Source: the human T2T-CHM13v2.0 reference genome, Homo sapiens
Length of the DNA stretch: 64,000 nucleotides
NCBI RefSeq assembly: GCF_009914755.1
Contig: NC_060935.1
Direction: 5' to 3' (one strand)
Shown here: piece by piece, positions 55,930-64,000 of the stretch
Numbering within the stretch: the first letter of the stretch is position 1
Layout of the letters: each line of letters starts with the position of its first letter
Translations under genes and position numbers: made by a program
Notes under the pieces: generated by a model
Seen by the model: the letters and a program-made list of their open reading frames with translations, nothing else
Told to the model about the DNA's origin: nothing
The model's database searches: none

Positions 55930-56424
55930 TCAACATAAAGCATACAATTGATGATTAGAAAACAGACTTATAGGGGAGGAGCCAAGATGGCCGAATAGGA
56001 ACCACTCCGGTCTACAGATCCCAGCCTGAGCGACGCAGAAGACAGGTGATTTCTGCATTTCCATCTGAGGTACCGGGTTCATCTCACTAGGGAGTGCCAG
56101 ACAGTGGGCGCAGGTCAGTGGGTGCAGCACACCCTGCATGAGCCGAAGCAGGGCAAGGCATTGCCTCACTCGGGAAGCGCAAGGGGTCAGGGAGTTCCCT
56201 TTCCTACTCAAAGAAAGGGGTGATGGGCGGCACCTGGAAAATCGGGTCACTCCCACCCGAATACTGCGCTTTTCCGACGGGCTTAAAAAACGGCACACCA
56301 GGAGATTAAATCCTGCACCTGGCTCGGAGGGTCCTACGCCCACGGAGTCTCGCTGATTGCTAGCACAGCAGTCTGAGATCAAACTGCAAGGCGGCAGCAA
56401 GGCTGGGGGAGGAGCGCCCGCCAT
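55930..56424 (-). CDS. L1 ORF0-type antisense ORF, extended to 164 aa
   Basis: MAGAPPPALLPPCSLISDCCASNQRDSVGVGPSEPG matches the primate L1 ORF0 N-terminus; Kozak gcaATGg. Expression unknown. Confidence 0.55.
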   Translation of the reverse strand: MAGAPPPALLPPCSLISDCCASNQRDSVGVGPSEPGAGFNLLVCRFLSPSEKRSIRVGVTRFSRCRPSPLSLSRKGNSLTPCASRVRQCLALLRLMQGVLHPLTCAHCLALPSEMNPVPQMEMQKSPVFCVAQAGICRPEWFLFGHLGSSPISLFSNHQLYALC

Positions 56425-57002
56425 TGCTCAGGCTTGCTTAGGTAAACAAAGCAGGCAGGAAGCTCCAACTGAGTGGAACCCACCACAGCTCAAGGAGGCC
56501 TGCCTGCCTCTGTAGGCTCTACCTCTGGGGCAGGGCACAGACAATCAAAAAGACAGCAGTAACCTCTGCAGACTTAAATGTTCCTGTCTGACAGCTTTGA
56601 AGAGAGCAGTGGTTCTCCCAGCATGCAGCTGGAGATCTGAGAACAGGCAGACTGCCTCCTCAAGTGGGTCCCTGACCCCTGACCCCTGAGCAGCCTAACT
56701 GGGAGACACCCCCTAGTAGGGGCAGACTGACACCTCACATGGCCGGGTACTCCTCTGAGACAAAACTTCCAGAGGAACAATCAGACAGCAGCATTCGCGG
56801 TTCACGAAAAACCACTGTTCTGCAGACACCGCTGCTGATACCCAGGCAAACAGGGTCTGGAGTGGACCTCTAGCAAACTCCAACAGACCTGCAGCTGAGG
56901 GTCCTGTCTGTTAGAAGGAAAACTAACAAAAAGGACATCCACACCAAAAGCCCATCTGTACATCACCATCATCAAAGACCAAAAGTAGATAAAACCACAA
57001 AG
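55974..57002 (+). promoter_or_regulatory. L1 5'UTR with internal sense promoter (YY1 motif aagatggccg at ~55984-55993) and antisense promoter region
   Basis: Homology to the L1 5'UTR; many CpGs retained. Activity is not demonstrable from sequence. Confidence 0.7.
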
Positions 57003-58016
57003 ATGGGGAAAAAACAGAGCAGAAAAACTGGAAACTCTAAAAAGCAGAGCACCTCTCCTGCTCCAAAGGAATGCAGTTCCTCACCAGCAATGGAACAAAG
57101 CTGGACGGAGAATGACTTTGACGAGCTGAGAGAAGAAGGCTTCAGATGATCAAACTACGAGCTACAGGAGGAAATTCAAACCAAAGGCAAAGAAGTTGAA
57201 AACTTTGAAAAACATTTAGACGAATGTATAACTAGAATAACCAATACAGAGAAGTGCTTAAAGGAGCTGATGGAGCTGAAAGCCAAGGCTCGAGAACTAC
57301 GTGAAGAATGCAGAAGCCTCAGGAGCCGATGCGATCAACTGGAAGAAAGGGTATCAGTGATAGAAGATGAAACGAATGAAATGAAGCGAGAAGGGAAGTT
57401 TAGAGAAAAAAGAATAAAAAGAAACGAACAAAGCCTCCAAGAAATATGGGACTATGTGAAAAGACCAAATCTACATCTGATTGGTATACCTGAAAGTGAC
57501 GGGGAGAATGGAACCAAGTTGGAAAACACTCTGCAGGATATTATCCAGGAGAACTTCCCCAATCTAGCAAGGCAGGCCAAAATTCAGATTCAGGAAATAC
57601 AGAGAACACCACAAAGATACTCCTCGAGAAGAGCAACCCCAAGACACATAATTGTCAGATTCACCAAAGTTGAAATGAAGGAAAAAATGTTAAGGGCAGT
57701 CAGAGAGAAAGGATGGGTTACCTACAAAGGGAAGCCCATCAGACTGACAGCAGATCTCTCGGCAGAAACTCTACAAGCCAGAAGAGAGTGGGGCCCAATA
57801 TTCAACATTCTTAAAGAAAACAATTTTCAACCCAGAATTTCATATCCAGCTAAACTAAGCTTCATAAGTGAAGGAGAAATAAAATACTTTACAGACAAGC
57901 AAATGCTGAGAGATTTTGTCACCACCAGGCCTGCCCTAAAAGAGCTCCTGAAGGAAGCACTAAACATGGAAAGGAACAACCGGTACCAGCCGCTGCAAAA
58001 TCATGCCAAAATGTAA
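57003..58016 (+). pseudogene. L1 ORF1 with one premature stop (TGA at 57147-57149, codon 49)
   Basis: ATG at 57003 is in frame with ORF 57270-58016; CGA>TGA-type change. Confidence 0.9.
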
Positions 58017-58079
58017 AGACCATTGAGACTAGGAAGACACTGCATCAACTAATGAGCAAAATAACCAGCTAACATCATA

Positions 58080-61898
<3,819 letters not shown>

Positions 61899-63564
61899 AC
61901 TATGAGAACACATGGACACAGGAAGGGGAACATCACACTCTGGGGACTGTTGTGGGGTGGGGGGAGGGGGGAGGGATAGCATTGGGAGATATACCTAATG
62001 CTAGATGACGAGTTAGTGGGTGCAGCGCACCAGCATGGCACAGGTATACATATGTAACTTACCTGCACATTGTGCACATGTACCCTAAAACTTAAGGTAT
62101 AATTAAAAAAAGAAATAAAAAAAAACCTGCACGTTTTGCACATGTACCCTAGAACTTATAGTATAATAAAAGAAAAAAGAAAGAAAACAAATAAAAATGT
62201 TTTGACTCTGAAAAAAAAAAAAGAAAACAGATTTATAGATTAAATTTAAAATTTTCCACTGGCGTACTCGAGGTAATTACATTGTTTCCTATCTACTTAG
62301 GCTTTAAAATTAAAGATAGGACTTTTTTGGTAGCCCTAAATTACTTATTTTTTTGTAGTTGTCTCAGTACTCAAATTGTGAATTGAATGCAAACAAAAGG
62401 AAGAAAATATATATTTATGTGTTTGAGTAACTGTGTATAGATTCTTGCATTTAATCCTTGGAAATATTCTATGGGAATATTTTATTCTAAAGTCTAACGT
62501 TAAAAAACTGTAACGGACTCACTGCCACCCAGCTAACAAATGATAAAACAAAGATTTTAAGTTGGATTTGTTGAAACCAATATTGATTCCCTTGCCACTA
62601 TGTCAGCCTTTGTTCTTCAACATATGAAGTGATTTTATTGAGCTTTGAGACTGCATTTTTATGGATGTATGCCTTCCTATTATTCTGCTACTAGAGAACA
62701 GCAAGAGTTCTGTTTGTCATAATCAGATTTACTGTAACTGTTACCACCTGTTCCAGAAAGCTGTTGTCTTTTTTTTGTGAAAATCTGTTTTTCTTAACTC
62801 TTTGATCTTTTTAGATTTTAAAACACTATCAATTTTAGGAAGCATCATCAAATTAATAAGAGCTTTTGGGAAAAATAGGTTACTGCCATGATTTCAGAAA
62901 TGTTACAATATGGGAGAAAGTCATCTTAAAAATAGGAAATATAATATTTGGTATTGTAATTTAGTGCTATTGCTTAAACATTTTTCTAATTTGAAATTTA
63001 ATTGATGTTCTGGGCATATGTGCAATAAATGTCTCATCACCACATGAGGAGGATTTCATAAAAATAAGGATCTGTGCCCTTGAGAACAACCAAAACACAT
63101 TAGTAGGTTTCATTTGTGTTTCAGAAGATCTCACTGATGGCAGAATAATTAGCTTCATTAACCAAAATGCAATATGACTGTCTCCATTGTTGCTCTCAGA
63201 TGTTGACTGACGCTAATACTAACTCTAAAAAGCTTTGTAAATTCTGCCGTTATGATACAAATAACTCCTAGCAAGAAAAAAAATATCTGTGAGGGAGAGA
63301 GGACTACCACTACCTAGTTAAAATAGGTAACACATTTTACATTTCCTTCATACTATAGTTTTTCACTGTTTGTCCTTACATTTATATTGTTTTACAAAGT
63401 TACATTCAGAAGGAAAATTATATTTCAAATGAAATGTGTGAGAATAGCCTAAAACAGCTTTTTAACTTAAGATTATAGTTTAAGCATTTCTGTACATTGC
63501 CAGTCTGCAAAGCAATTTAATGGATGCAAAATATTCCCATATATAAGCATACCATTCATTTATT

Positions 63565-64000
63565 AGTTAATTTAACAATTACTAAGAGATTACAATGCAA
63601 TTAACAATGAACTAAATATCTGGATATAGCGATGAACAAAACAGTCACTGCACTTATAGCACTTACAGTTAGGAGGAGATAGATATAACATTTATACATA
63701 TAAATGTATACATTCAATGCCCGATGTTGATGTATATGTACATATATAGCATATATGTTTTATATGAGTGTGTGTTTTATCATTTGATGTCAGGTGCTGA
63801 TAAAAATAATAAAAAATAATAAAGCATTGCGAGCAGAGGGAGAACTATGGAGACTGTATTTTAGAAATAATGGTCAAACAGTGATTCTCTGATGAGGTGA
63901 CAAGTGAACAGAACCCTGGCTAAAACAGATATTGAGCATTATCTGCAGAGAGACAAGCAAGTGCAAAAACCCCACAGTGAGAACATACTTTACATCAAAT
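63565..64000 (-). mobile_element. L2 fragment
   Basis: cattcatttattag...gatgaacaaaacagtcactgcactta...tctctgatgaggtgaca. Confidence 0.6.

Overview
Human (primate) genomic DNA, AT-rich and dominated by interspersed repeats. It is an internal part of ANO3 (anoctamin-3/TMEM16C), transcribed on the + strand. Only two coding exons are present: 46809-47003 (195 nt) and 48656-48727 (72 nt), both phase 1-1, matching my recollection of ANO3 exons 2 and 3. The rest is long intron filled with L1, Alu, L2, MIR, MaLR/ERV LTRs, DNA-transposon relics and microsatellites. Almost all ORFs in the supplied track are L1/Alu-derived or chance. I found no clearly new gene system. The best leads are: (i) a full-length L1PA3-type element with a TSD-bounded 3' transduction, the ancestral ~129-bp 5'UTR segment and an extended open antisense ORF0; (ii) AG|GT recursive-splice-like motifs, inverted Alus and a stop-free potential circRNA frame around the two exons; (iii) a young AluYa5 0.5 kb upstream of exon 2; (iv) several fold-back hairpins, three of them at MaLR LTR sequence. 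Repeat subfamily calls and the ANO3 identity come from memory of consensus sequences, not from a search.
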